Shown here piece by piece: positions 1-14,030 of a stretch of DNA of 64,000 nucleotides; the stretch's first letter is position 1; every line of letters begins with the position of its first letter. Source of the DNA: Paraspadella gotoi. Lineage: Eukaryota; Animalia; Chaetognatha. Both the position numbers and the translations under genes were made by a program. The notes beneath the pieces were generated by a model. It had not been told where the DNA came from. It searched no databases and was given only the letters and a program-made list of their open reading frames with translations. The stretch covers positions 14,271,918-14,335,917 of the forward strand of contig CM119269.1 in the NCBI GenBank assembly GCA_051294375.1, written 5' to 3'.

Positions 1-3000
1 CAGAGCTCGTCGTCCCTGAGGCAAAGACGAGACCTTATCTCGGGTTCATTTTCGATTCTTTCTTTCATATTTTCTCTCGATGCGATACAATTTCATTTCC
101 CGACTTCCGTACTTACCTTTTTTCGGCATTTCCGATCTTTTTTTCATCTAACGCCTTAGAATTCTCAATTGTAATTTTTACAACAAAGTCCCAATACCCA
201 TTACTCCATTACTCCATTACTTTTACAATTTACAATCTCTTATCTACTTTTAACAATTTCGCTTCCACAATTTACAATCTCGCTTCTATCTTTTACTATC
301 ATGATTTTTCGAACTTCTGGTTTGCCTATCGGAATTTTTAATTCGTCTTGTTTTATTACTTACTCTCTCTCTCNNNNNNNNNNNNNNNNNNNNNNNNNNN
401 NNNNNNNNNNNNNNNNNNNNNNNNNNNNNNNNNNNNNNNNNNNNNNNNNNNNNNNNNNNNNNNNNAAGGAAGAAGAGATTCTACTCTCTCTCATCTCCTC
501 TCATCTCTCTCTCTCAATAGCTCTGCTCCTCTCTCTCTCTCCATGGCTCTCTCTCATCCTCTCAACACTCTCTCTCTCCATCTGTGTGTTCCTCTCAAAA
601 CCCTAATTTCATAAATTAACGCGACAACAAATAATCGCCGATCACAAATTATTTTCCGTTTTTATTTTCTAAAAAAAATCTCTTACGTTTCTCATCTTGA
701 GTAAAACCAGAGAAGCTTAACGATTTCGCGAGTACTTAGCTTTCGCGTCATTTTGTCTAACGATTTGTATAACGTTTTGTATAACGATTCTCTTTTGTTT
801 ATAATTAAAAACCCTCGGCTTCTTTGGATTAAAAATCACTTTCGCCTCTGGAACGATTTTCGATCGAATAATTTACATCAGAAGTTGTTAAACTTTCACG
901 TGTTTTAATCATAATCATGAAAGTTTAAAAAGATATAAAATTTATCCGAAAGTATATGAAACTATTTTAAAACATTTCATGTTTTAATCAATTAATTACT
1001 AAATAATGATTAATAATAATGATTTAATTTAATAATTAGTAATTATTAATTAGTAAACAGTAAACAAAGCCCCATCGACCGCCTCAAAAAAAGCGTCTTC
1101 CGAAGATGCATCGATGCATCTCGAAACCTGTCGATTTCGTTTCTGGGATTTTAAACCGAGAAGCATCTTGCGTCTTAACGTCTCCAGATAATTTTTAAAA
1201 AAATAAATAAATAAATAAATAAATAAACTAAATAAAGTCGAATACTAGAAATATTTTTATAAAACAAAACGATTTTTTTTTCCCTTCGCGATCGGATGAC
1301 GTCACCCGAAAAAAAAAAGGATTATCGGTGAAAAATAATATTTCTTGCGCCTGAGACGACAAAGGCGGCTGGTTTCCATTTTCATAAAAGGAAATGAATA
1401 GAAGGCGAACTCTTTAACGCGTAGAAAAAGCAGTCTAATTGAATACGAAAATAATAATAATAAGAAAAAGGGTTTTTTCTTTCATCCCNNNNNNNNNNNN
1501 NNNNNNNNNNNNNNNNNNNNNNNNNNNNNNNNNNNNNNNNNNNNNNNNNNNNNNNNNNNNNNNNNNNNNNNNNNNNNNNNNNNNNNNNNNNNNNNNNNNN
1601 NNNNNNNNNNNNNNNNNNNNNNNNNNNNNNNNNNNNNNNNNNNNNNNNNNNNNNNNNNNNNNNNNNNNNNNNNNNNNNNNNNNNNNNNNNNNNNNNNNNN
1701 NNNNNNNNNNNNNNNNNNNNNNNNNNNNNNNNNNNNNNNNNNNNNNNNNNNNNNNNNNNNNNNNNNNNNNNNNNNNNNNNNNNNNNNNNNNNNNNNNNNN
1801 NNNNNNNNNNNNNNNNNNNNNNNNNNNNNNNNNNNNNNNNNNNNNNNNNNNNNNNNNNNNNNNNNNNNNNNNNNNNNNNNNNNNNNNNNNNNNNNNNNNN
1901 NNNNNNNNNNNNNNNNNNNNNNNNNNNNNNNNNNNNNNNNNNNNNNNNNNNNNNNNNNNNNNNNNNNNNNNNNNNNNNNNNNNNNNNNNNNNNNNNNNNN
2001 NNNNNNNNNNNNNNNNNNNNNNNNNNNNNNNNNNNNNNNNNNNNNNNNNNNNNNNNNNNNNNNNNNNNNNNNNNNNNNNNNNNNNNNNNNNNNNNNNNNN
2101 NNNNNNNNNNNNNNNNNNNNNNNNNNNNNNNNNNNNNNNNNNNNNNNNNNNNNNNNNNNNNNNNNNNNNNNNNNNNNNNNNNNNNNNNNNNNNTTTTAAC
2201 GACTAAGGTGATGGCTTGTTGGGGATGTCGGTCGATGAAATAGGAAAGGCCTCATTTTATTTTGCTCTTTTTTGCTTTTTTTTTGCCTTTTAACNNNNNN
2301 NNNNNNNNNNNNNNNNNNNNNNNNNNNNNNNNNNNNNNNNNNNNNNNNNNNNNNNNNNNNNNNNNNNNNNNNNNNNNNNNNNNNNNNNNNNNNNNNNNNN
2401 NNNNNNNNNNNNNNNNNNNNNNNNNNNNNNNNNNNNNNNNNNNNNNNNNNNNNNNNNNNNNNNNNNNNNNNNNNNNNNNNNNNNNNNNNNNNNNNNNNNN
2501 NNNNNNNNNNNNNNNNNNNNNNNNNNNNNNNNNNNNNNNNNNNNNNNNNNNNNNNNNNNNNNNNNNNNNNNNNNNNNNNNNNNNNNNNNNNNNNNNNNNG
2601 ATGAAATAGGAAAGGCCTCGTTTTATTTTGCTCTTTTTTTCGTCGAAACGACGGAGAAAGATAATCTATTATTCCTCTTCTCCAACTCTGGAATTAAAGA
2701 TAACGGATTTTTAAAGAATACGTATTTATTTTTCTTTTTTTTTTTTGTTTTTTTTTTATATATTCTATATCGTCGAGTTGTTTTTTATGTCTATTTTTTT
2801 TCATAATATTTTTCTTTCCATCTCTTCCCATCATCTCTTCCCCACATTTTCGTCAATAATCCAGTGTCGATACCGAAGCGCCTCTACCGGACTCTTGCGC
2901 CCCGCCCCTCTCCTCTCTCCCCGCCCCCCTTCGCCTTCGCCCCGTCAGTCAATACTCGTCCCCTCGTCCGTGCGTTGAAACTCGAAGACTCGAATTCTAC

Positions 3001-3320
3001 CTTTTTGACCCCGTTGTTCCTTTGTTTCCCAGAAATTCCTTTGTTCGCCAAGTTTCCTCGATCCTTTTGTTATAATTTCGGAAGAGGCGCGACTCTCGGC
3101 GAAGATCTACAATTAGCGTCGCCGCCATTAATTAACGCGATCGCTCATCATCGTTTCTGTTTTACGCTTTGGAAATAGGGGCGGTCTTCGTCGTCGTCGT
3201 CGTCGTCGTCGTCGCCTTGTCGTAACTCAAAAGTCGTCGTCATCTTCTTCTTGGATCATTAATATTTTTCATCATTTTTCGACAATTTTGAATGCGGTTT
3301 TTAATGATTGGACTCTACTC

Positions 3321-3661
<341 letters not shown>

Positions 3662-5353
3662 TAATTCCATTAGCGAATCTGTCAGAATTCATCCCCAAGT
3701 GACAAATCTTTCAAAAAAATCTGGGAATCAAAAACTAATTCGCTACAGAAGGTAGAAATCGGGGATGGCGTTCTTAACGTTTGGTCAGTGGCCGCTGTTC
3801 ACTGTGTGACGCAATTAATAAAAGATTTTGTTTAAAAAGATTAGTTTTTATTTATTACGTTTAATGAGATAGAAATTTCGAACTACTCACTCGGTGAAAA
3901 AGGGATAAAGTCGTTTTAAATCGATTCGGTAGGTTTATAAGTAACTCTAGCTTAAAATATGTAAAGCAAGTTTCTGAGCAAGTGAAAATCGAAAGGGGTT
4001 TTATAAATCGTCCGCTCATTTTTAGCGGCGGGATTCAAATTGTCATTTTAAATAAGTAAAGCTTGAGCTTTATCGGCGCTTCGTTCATTATGGTCTCGGA
4101 AGCCGAGAGAGAATGGTTGGTTGTCTATCGGTTATCTCTTTCACGNNNNNNNNNNNNNNNNNNNNNNNNNNNNNNNNNNNNNNNNNNNNNNNNNNNNNNN
4201 NNNNNNNNNNNNNNNNNNNNNNNNNNNNNNNNNNNNNNNNNNNNNNNNNNNNNNNNNNNNNNNNNNNNNNNNNNNNNNNNNNNNNNNNNNNNNNNNNNNN
4301 NNNNNNNNNNNNNNNNNNNNNNNNNNNNNNNNNNNNNNNNNNNNNNNNNNNNNNNNNNAGTTTATGTAGGGAAAGAAAGAAAGGAAGATGGAATTAGTAT
4401 CGGAATTAATAGGGTGATACGTATCTGAGGGGACACTAGATATCAATCATTAATTTTCTTTATTTTTATAGTTTNNNNNNNNNNNNNNNNNNNNNNNNNN
4501 NNNNNNNNNNNNNNNNNNNNNNNNNNNNNNNNNNNNNNNNNNNNNNNNNNNNNNNNNNNNNNNNNNNNNNNNNNNNNNNNNNNNNNNNNNNNNNNNNNNN
4601 NNNNNNNNNNNNNNNNNNNNNNNNNNNNNNNNNNNNNNNNNNNNNNNNNNNNNNNNNNNNNNNNNNNNNNNNNNNNNNNNNNNNNNNNNNNNNNNNNNNN
4701 NNNNNNNNNNNNNNNNNNNNNNNNNNNNNNNNNNNNNNNNNNNNNNNNNNNNNNNNNNNNNNNNNNNNNNNNNNNNNNNNNNNNNNNNNNNNNNNNNNNN
4801 NNNNNNNNNNNNNNNNNNNNNNNNNNNNNNNNNNNNNNNNNNNNNNNNNNNNNNNNNNNNNNNNNNNNNNNNNNNNNNNNNNNNNNNNNNNNNNNNNNNN
4901 NNNNNNNNNNNNNNNNNNNNNNNNNNNNNNNNNNNNNNNNNNNNNNNNNNNNNNNNNNNNNNNNNNNNNNNNNNNNNNNNNNNNNNNNNNNNNNNNNNNN
5001 NNNNNNNNNNNNNNNNNNNNNNNNNNNNNNNNNNNNNNNNNNNNNNNNNNNNNNNNNNNNNNNNNNNNNNNNNNNNNNNNNNNNNNNNNNNNNNNNNNNN
5101 NNNNNNNNNNNNNNNNNNNNNNNNNNNNNNNNNNNNNNNNNNNNNNNNNNNNNNNNNNNNNNNNNNNNNNNNNNNNNNNNNNNNNNNNNNNNNNNNNNNN
5201 NNNNNNNNNNNNNNNNNNNNNNNNNNNNNNNNNNNNNNNNNNNNNNNNNNNNNNNNNNNNNNNNNNNNNNNNNNNNNNNNNNNNNNNNNNNNNNNNNNNN
5301 NNNNNNNNNNNNNNNNNNNNNNNNNNNNNNNNNNNNNNNNNNNNNNNNNNNNN

Positions 5354-5495
5354 GTCGGTTTTTTTTTGTCTTAACAAATTGAGCAGCACTATTAGCAAAT
5401 TATACGCATTTTTTAACATAAGTGGTGACAGACAGACCGACCGAAAAGTTACTTATAGAGTTTGCCTCCGCGAGTACTCGCGGCGCAACTAAAAA
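5354..5495 (-). mobile_element. HINE/DINE-1-like element, 5' portion (rest lost in gap)
   Basis: Perfect 16-bp palindrome ccgcgagtactcgcgg (5468-5483) overlapping subTIR gcggcgcaac, plus a gacagacagaccgaccg microsatellite. Probably the same locus as 7067-7205, duplicated by assembly. Confidence 0.7.
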
Positions 5496-5646
5496 AAAAA
5501 AAACGTGGCGAAATTCTTTCTCTCGAAAATCAAAATTCCATCTAAATAAGAAAAAATCTTGTCGATTTTGTTTGGGAGCAGAACGATTTTTCGAGATCTT
5601 ATCTCCGCCCCTCGATCTCTACCTTAATTGTCTCCCGCTGTCATCT

Positions 5647-5738
<92 letters not shown>

Positions 5739-6863
5739 ATTTCAAACAGTAGCATATGCGGGGTAACGGATTGAATGGCATACGACACAATTCAATGGAA
5801 TCCGTCAGAGTCGTCATTGCCGACGATCGATTATCCGATTTCGTCTGTTTACTTTTTTTTTTCAAATCGTCGTCATCTTCATCGTCATCGCCATCGTTTT
5901 TTTATATCTTCCATGACCAACGAGTGAAATAATACGTCTCTTAGGATCACCGTTGTTGTTAGTCAATTAATTTTTCCGCCAATGGCGTCGTTGAAGCTTT
6001 CCGTCTGCTTTTTGGATTTTTTTGGGTTTTTTTTTTCCTGGAATGTGAAGAGATCATTCGTTATCTCAAACCCGCATGTAAATGTGACTTTTATATTGTC
6101 TCATCGTTATCAAGGTTTGGAAGCGAATTTATTTTTAAAGTAAGGTAAAACAAAGCGAACTGTAAAATATGTACCAACATTGATTAATGATTTAATTGAT
6201 AATTATATTTCTATCCTCGTTTTATTNNNNNNNNNNAATACATATTCTTGACATTTATTTTCTTTAGCTATATTTTTCCAGTGAATTTTAAATTTTTCCG
6301 CCACAAGGACCACGGTAAAATTCAATAGGGGGGACGGACGCTTAATTGACTTAATGATGATCCCGTTTGTTCCTGTTTACGCTCAATGTTTTTCGTCCCA
6401 TAAAATAACAGTTATGGATGTCATAAAATAACAGTTACGGTCCCTCGTCAAAGGAGGGGAGGGTCTTTTACCTCGTGAGATCTAACGGTGAAAGGCAGAG
6501 AGGAAGTTTATAGAAAGAAAAAGGGAAAAATTAACCTGTTTCGATCCATCGAGAGAAGCTTTAGTATACGTGCTTAGGTTATTTTGTTACGTTCGATTAC
6601 ATGTTATTATCAATAAAAATAGGGTTAATCAATTCTCGACTTTTTTTTTCTCTTTCAGGCTAATTGATGTACGTCACCTAATAGTGTTAAAACTCGTTAG
6701 CCTCAAAAAAGTAATAAAGAACCTATTTTCACAACACGCCGAAAAAAAAGCTATCGTTTTCGGCTTTTTTGTACATCTTCCCCGGCGAAAAAAAAAAAAT
6801 TTAAAAATCGAAATTAATTGGATCCATCCATCCATCTCCATCCTTTCGAGATTCTTAAAATAG

Positions 6864-7205
6864 AACAAGAACGGTAATTCCGATGTGTTGCGTCGCAGTG
6901 ACTTTATTTTCACGTGTATTTCCTTTTTATCATATGATATAACATAACATGACATAAAATGACTAAAACAAAATTTTTAGCCCGTATATTTACGACATGC
7001 ACCGCATCAAAATTTCGTTTTTTATTCCTTATAGATTGTCGNNNNNNNNNNNNNNNNNNNNNNNNNCGGGATTTCTTTTGTCTTAACAAATGAGCAGCCA
7101 ACTATAGGCAAATTATACGCATTTTTAACATAAGTGGGACAGACAGACCGACCAGAAAAGTGACTTATAGAGTTGTGCCCGCCGAGTACTCGCGGAGAAA
7201 CTAAA
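6864..7205 (-). mobile_element. HINE/DINE-1-like element (spans 25-N gap)
   Basis: 3' end on plus strand reads aacaagaacggtaattccgatgtgttgcgtcgc (stem-loop cgg-taatt-ccg plus subTIR). 5' end reads gacagacagaccgacc...cgagtactcgcgg...ctaaaa. Confidence 0.7.
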
Positions 7206-7385
7206 AAAAAAAACGTGGGAAATTCTTTTCTCTCGAAAATAAATTCCATCTAAAAAGAAAAATCTTGTCGATTTTGTTTGGGAGGCAGAACGATTTTCGA
7301 GATCTTATCTCCGCCTCGATCTCGACCTAAATTGTCTCCCGCTGTCATCTCTCTCTCTCTCTCTCTCCTCGTCTCTCTCTCTCTC

Positions 7386-7449
<64 letters not shown>

Positions 7450-9924
7450 AAACAGTAGCATATGCGGTAAACGGCATTGAATGGCATATCGACCAACAAT
7501 ATGAATCCCGTCAGAGTCGTCATTGCCGACGATCGATTATCCGAATTTCGTCTGTTTACTTTTTTTTTCTTAATCGTCGTCATACTCATGCGTCATCGCC
7601 ATCGTTTTTTATATCTTCCATGACCAACGAGTGAAATAATACGTCTCTTAGGATCACCGTTGTTGTTAGTCAATTAATTTTTGAAGCTTTCCGTCTGCTT
7701 TTTGGATTTTTTTGGGTTGGTTTTTTTTCCTGGAATGTGAAGAGATCATTGTTTATCTCAAACCCGCATGTAAATGTGACTTTATTATATTGTCTATCGT
7801 ATCAAGGTTTGGAAGCGAATTTATTTTTAAGTAAGGTAAAACAAAGCGAACTGTAAAATATGTACACGAACATTGATTAATGATTTAATTGATAATTATA
7901 TTTCTATCTCGTTTTATTTGTATTTGATTAATAAAAAAAACCTTCAAAAAATTTTTGGTGACGTGAAAAAAAAAGTTCTAATCGCGCGAATCTTAATTAT
8001 TTCATTCGTCTCTACCGTTTCACATTTTTTTTTGTGACAACAACTATCGAATTTTTTTTTCGGTCCCCTATTTTTCGACAAGGGTATGATTCGTAACTTA
8101 AAGGTCCCACTTTATTATCTCTCGTCTCTCTCTCTCTCTCATCCTCTCTCTTCTCTCCTCTCTCTCCTCTCCTCTCTTCTCCTCCTCCTCTCTCTCGTCT
8201 TCTCTCGTCTCTATCTATCTCTCTTTCCTCTCGTCTTATCCTACGTCTCTGCCGTCGTCTTCTTCCTCCGTCTCTCCTGCGCGTTCTCTCCCGTCTCCGT
8301 CTCCTTTCTCCTTCTCTCTCTCTTTCTCTTTTTCTCTAAGTCTCATCTCTCTATTTTTCTCTCTCTTCTCCTGTCTCTTTTCTTTAACTTATATTTGAAT
8401 CTGAAACATTTTAGCGTAATTAAAAATTAATAATCTTTCCAGATATTTTCGCTTGATAACCCTCGAGATTTGAGGCGCCAATTAAGTATTTTTAGTATTT
8501 TAAGTAGTTCGTTCGACGACTCAGAATTTTATCAACTGTTGAAGGTATTTCCTAAATATACATTAATTATTTTTTTGTGTCTTTTATATTTTTTTTTAAA
8601 ACCGATTGGATACTCAAAGTATAACCATTATTTTAAGTTTTGCTAGGTTAAAATAACACAACAATTTATATATTTGTTTAAATAATATAATTATAAAAAT
8701 GGATTTGAAAGTTTTTTCTATTTAAATAGAACACGCACATATTTTTTAACAATTTACATTAATAAAAGAAGAAACCGACCTAAAAATAGAATAAGTCACT
8801 CGTCGAGAGCCAATATTAGTTTATTTTTTTAATTTCATACTTATTTTTTATTAATTGGCCGATCTGGAGGATGATCATCAGATTGTTCACAACAGTTGCA
8901 AAAAACCGTTTTTAGAAAATTCCTACTAATGGTGTTCGCCGAGATATAGTCCATAAACGTCAGCCTTGAAAAGGCCAAAATTTGTGCGAATAAAATTTTT
9001 CGAGTTTCTTCTTTAGATTTCTGAGCGCTAAGTACAAAAACTATTTAAAAGAAAAAAAGAGAAAACGTTTTTCGCTGGATCTTCTTCGTTCAGCATACAT
9101 CCTTCAATGTGCTAAGACGAACGATTAGGTTAAACCTGAAAGTGATATGTCTCCTAGAGGAACGGAAAATTCTTTCTTTAAGTTTTATTTTTAAAATTTA
9201 AGGTATTGTCCAATAGGATAATTTGAAGGATACTGTTACTCCCGCTTTGCCGAAATTTTTATTTTATTTAAACAAAGATTTGTACTGCTACGTTCAAAAA
9301 ATCACTTAGTTTTCTCAGGTAAAAAAAGTTTATTTTCTTGAATAATTTGGAAAGAAAAGAGGTAGGAGAAGTTGGGTGAGGTATTAAATTAACAGCTAAT
9401 CTGGGACACCTCTCTGAAATAGTTTTTATTTTAATTATTTATCCATAAATCTTTACACCTCAGCTTTTATTTTAAAAAATCGGCGTTAAAGTCAATAAGC
9501 AGTTTTTTTTGCACATTCAACAATTTCAATGAATGGGTTGTGAAATTTTTTTTTTGCTTCTTTCGTAATTTGAAAAAAGGAAGACTAAATTAACATTTTG
9601 ATTATCATTAAAATTTGCTCTAAACTCATATAAAATTATTTGCTTGTATCTTTTAGTTTAAAGTAAAAAGCAAGGCAAAAATTTGATGACAGTAGCTGGT
9701 GAAATGTTTTTTTAAAAAATATTGAAAATCGATAAAAATACACATAATTTTCAAAGATTGGATATAAAGATCTGGACATCTATACCTATCTTGTGCCGTG
9801 AAAAAAATTGTCATTTTCCATTATCTTCAACAACTGCAACAAAAAGCCTTGAGCAGCTGTATCTGCTTTGTTTATTCCATAAATAAATTTAAAAATTACA
9901 TAGCCTGGTGACCATATTTGACAA

Positions 9925-11513
9925 AAAAAGCAAGAATCATTTGTGTTTATTTTGTATTGATAATTTTTCTTTTAAATATAACAACCTGTTATACAAGGAA
10001 ATTATTAATTCTATTACTTTGATCATTTCCGTTTGAAATATTAAAAAATTAAGGAAAAAAAAAAAATTTTCGCGGAATAAGCCTTGGAAGAGGGTTCATG
10101 GACTGGACTTAAATGATCGAATTTTCTTTTTGTAGGTTTCCTTTAACTGTCACCCCCTTTTCACAAGACACTAAAGGTCATGATTATCATGTCAGTGATG
10201 TCCATAGTTATCTTGTACCCGCTTTCTGCAAGACCGCGTGCGACTCTCTGGATTTTCCCTCTGTTTTTAAGTCGATTCTGGCTTATGTCAAGCAGAAGAT
10301 CCCGACTTCATATAACTCCTTTTTTATATGAACACTCACTTTTTTTTCGGGCTCCGTCCGGTCCCGCCGCCCTCCAATATCTGGTCGGGGCACATCGACA
10401 GAGGGACATTATATCAATTGTCAGCGCAGAACATTCGCGAATTAAGTGAAATAAATTATTGCAAAAAACAAAAGAAAAAATATTCGGAGATGGTGCGCGC
10501 TAGTGTCCTCCCCGTTAGCCTTTGGTTCCGGTAGCTGTTCACGTGTCCGTCGTGTCCGCGTTCCGTTCCGTCCCGCTCCCACCTTAGCCAAAAAACAACG
10601 CAATTAACTCGTCAGTTTGGATTGGATGGATTTAAAAAATGAATTTTGTGTGTGCGATCGGTAAGGTGTCGTATTCTGAGCTGGATATTCTCATCAGACT
10701 TTCTCGATGGAAATCGCCTCGACGCTCGAGCAAACACATGACTAGTTCTTTAAGGGTTCGGAAATTTTAAAACAAGAAACCCAAAAAATATACCACCATT
10801 GTTTTCTTACATCAACAGTCAAATTTAACAGAAGCACAGCATTTACATAAAGATTTCCAAATAAACAAAAATTTAAAAGCATTTTATTCTCGATCAGTTT
10901 TAAATCGTATCTTGAAAAAGTAAGAAAAAAGTAATTTTTCGTCGTCACCCGCCAAGATTATTGAATCGATTTTTTTTTAGATTAGAGAGACAAGTGGCCA
11001 CTTGAGTTGGAGGCCTCCTTACCTCTTAGTCCTTACCTTGGGGATCTGGTTGATCTGGGAATAAGGTGAGTCGATGCCCGCGCGAGGTCAGGTTTTCCAG
11101 GTTTTACATCTACGCAAAGATCGGGAATCAAAAATGAGGAATACGACGAAATCGTTGTTAATCTAGAAACGATCGAAAAAAAGACAATCGGTAGGAATGG
11201 ATGCTAAAATGGTGTTGTTTTTGGTTTTTTTTGTCTTTGTCTTTTTCTTTTTTTTTATCTTTTCTCTTCTCTCTCTTCTCTTCTCTTTTCTTTCTTTTCT
11301 TTTCTTTTCTTTTCTTTTCTTTTCTTTTTTTCTTTTTTCTTTTCCTTTTCTTTTCTTTCTTTCTTTTCTCTTCTTCAAATTTTTTACTTAACTTACTTCT
11401 GACTTTTTTTCTACATTTGTCTTTTATTTATTTATTTATTATTTATTTATTTATTTTTTATTTATTTATTTATTTATTTAATTTATTTCTTTATTTATAC
11501 ATTCATTTTGTAT

Positions 11514-11544
<31 letters not shown>

Positions 11545-12995
11545 NNNNNNNNNNNNNNNNNNNNNNNNNTCAAAGCAAGACATCATTGTGTTTATTTGTA
11601 TTGATAATTTTCTTTTAAATATAACAACCTTTATACAAGGAATTTAATTCTATTACTTATCATCCGTTAAATTAAGAAAAAAAAAATTTCGCGGAATAGC
11701 CATTGGAAAGGGTTCATGACTGACTTAATGATCGAATTTTTTTAGGTTTCTTTACTGCCCCCCTTTTTCACAAGACTAAAAGGTCATGATTATCATGTCA
11801 GTATGTCCATATTTCTGTACCCTTCCTGCAACCTGCATTCTGAATTTTCTTTTTTCCTTTCAAATGTATTAAATAAAAAAAATTATTTGAGAGAACGATT
11901 GGCGTGGAGATGCCATGGTAAGCTTAGAGTTACCCACTTCCGAATTTTTCGAATTTTTAAAACGAGGTTTTTTTTCCATCTATTCGAGACATAACACTAA
12001 CTATTGGTACTATTAATTTTTTATTTTTTTCATGAAATTTTGAGTAATCAGAGAAACGTTTAGCGTGCAAAAAAATATGGAAAAAAAAGAGAAAAAACGT
12101 TCTGACAATTTAAAAATTTATGGAGGAATCTATTAAAAATAAAGTCGTTGATTTATAAAAAAAATTAAACAATGTACGAAATTTAACATGTACGATACAA
12201 ACTCTGGTTTTAAACCAAATCCTTTTGAAATAGAAAAAAAAATAGAAAATAGAAAAAAATAAAAAAATAGAAAAAAACTTAACGTCAAATTTAACAGAAC
12301 ACAGCATTTACATAAAGATTTCCCAAATAAACAAAAATTTAAAAGATTTTATTCTCGATCAGTTTTAAATCGTATCTTGAAAAAGTAAGAAAAAGTAAAT
12401 TTTTCTTTGTCGTCACCCGCCAAGATTATTGATCGATTTTTTTTTAGATTAGAGAGACAAGTGGCCACTTGAGTTGGAGGCCTCCTACCTCTTTAGTCCT
12501 TACTTGGGGATCTGGTTGATCTGGGAATAAGGTGAGTCGATGCCCCGCGAGTCAGTTTTCAGGTTTCATCTACACAAAGATCGGGAATCAAAAATGAGGA
12601 ATACGACGAAATCGTTGTTAATCTAGAAACGATCGAAAAAAAGACAATCGGTAGGAATGGATGCTAAAATGGTGTTGTTTTTGGTTTTTTTTGTCTTTGT
12701 CTTTTTCTTTTTTTTTATCTTTTCTCTTCTCTCTCTTCTCTTCTCTTTTCTTTCTTTTCTTTTCTTTTCTTTTCTTTTCTTTTCTTTTTTTCTTTTTTCT
12801 TTTCCTTTTCTTTTCTTTCTTTCTTTTCTCTTCTTCAAATTTTTTACTTAACTTACTTCTGACTTTTTTTCTACATTTGTCTTTTATTTATTTATTTATT
12901 ATTTATTTATTTATTTTTTATTTATTTATTTATTTAATTGAATTATTTCTTTATTTTATACATTCATTTTGTATTTATTTATTATTTATTTATTT
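9925..12995 (+). repeat. Direct duplication across 25-N gap (9925-11544 vs 11570-12995) with non-matching middles
   Basis: 9925-10250 matches 11570-11845 and 10815-11544 matches 12282-12995 (identical ORFs 11163..11378 and 12623..12838). The middles, 10260-10810 and 11850-12280, do not match. Confidence 0.9.
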
Positions 12996-13025
12996 ATTTA
13001 TTTTATTTATTTTATTTATTTATTT

Positions 13026-13056
<31 letters not shown>

Positions 13057-13145
13057 TGTTATTTTTTTTTTTAATTTTGTTTATAATAAGTTTCTTTCTT
13101 TCTTTCTTTCTTTCTTTCTTTTCTTTCTTCTTTCCTTTCTTTCCT

Positions 13146-13176
<31 letters not shown>

Positions 13177-14030
13177 GTCTTCTTTCGACCCTCACGTCGT
13201 TTTCAAATTCTCTCGTAAACTTTCGTCAAAAAATTTTCCTTTCGTCTTTCGACTCCGTCCCACTTTTTTCGCGCTCCTCGGGCCGGCGACGCTAATTGGC
13301 GCGAGTGTTAAATCATGCGAAGTCTGGTCGTACATTAATTAAAATCGCTTAAAAACCTTTCAAATTAAGTTAAATGTTTTGTTTGGTCTTTTTTTTTCTC
13401 TCTCTCTCTCTCTCTCTCTCACTTCACGTCACTAACCCTTTTTTCGGGCCAAAGAGACCAGTTTGGTCCTGGTTAATGGAGGTGGAGTTTGTGGGTGAAA
13501 TTATTAGAGTGGATGTCGGAAATAGTATTCGGGGTCGATTATTTTTTTTATCGTTGGTTTCAAACCTAATTTTCGTCAGTAGGTGAAGAAGACAAAATAA
13601 AAGACGTCTCGGCCAATAAATTAACGAATGGTTTATTCGTTATAATTTTTCTTTTCAAATATAAGGAGGCCAAATCTTCCGTGAGGCTAGGAGAGAGTCT
13701 ATTGAAGGCTTGCAGGCTTTTCCTATGAAATAGGTACAACCAATACAAAAATTATTAAGTCAATGAACAAGCTGTTCGACCTCCTTAATCTATGTTATGA
13801 CACATATTTCTAGTTCCAGCCTTTTTCCTCAATTTTTGAATGCTTAAGACAGCTAAGGGAGCTTTTAACAATTTAATTATGTCACAGTGATATCATGAAT
13901 AAATGGGCTGCCAGGTCTTTACTGTCTTTACTGCATCTAGAAAATGTTTACTGTTCTCTGACAGATTGAAAAACAACAACAACAACAATTTTGGTAAAGT
14001 TACTTTACTGACTAAAATTCCCTCGAAAGC

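Larger units (their letters stand above)
5354..7918 (+). repeat. Direct duplication 5354-6226 / 7067-7918, each copy beginning at a gap edge
   Basis: Collinear ~0.87 kb copies differing mainly by small indels. Copy 2 lacks ccgccaatggcgtcg (~5976-5990). Confidence 0.9.

Noticed and set aside
1104-1121. Perfect 18-bp palindrome AGATGCATCGATGCATCT (also a 14-bp GCGGTATATACCGC at 22804-22817)
   Set aside because: Isolated, with no associated element ends or repeats, so no function can be supported.
9400-9416. ctgggacacc resembles a Tc1/mariner TIR end
   Set aside because: No matching opposite TIR or TA duplication found.
10113-10534. Short ORFs downstream of a tttttgtag acceptor-like site
   Set aside because: They lie in an indel-rich duplicated segment. 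The second copy (11720-11845) does not keep the frames, and I recognise no homology.
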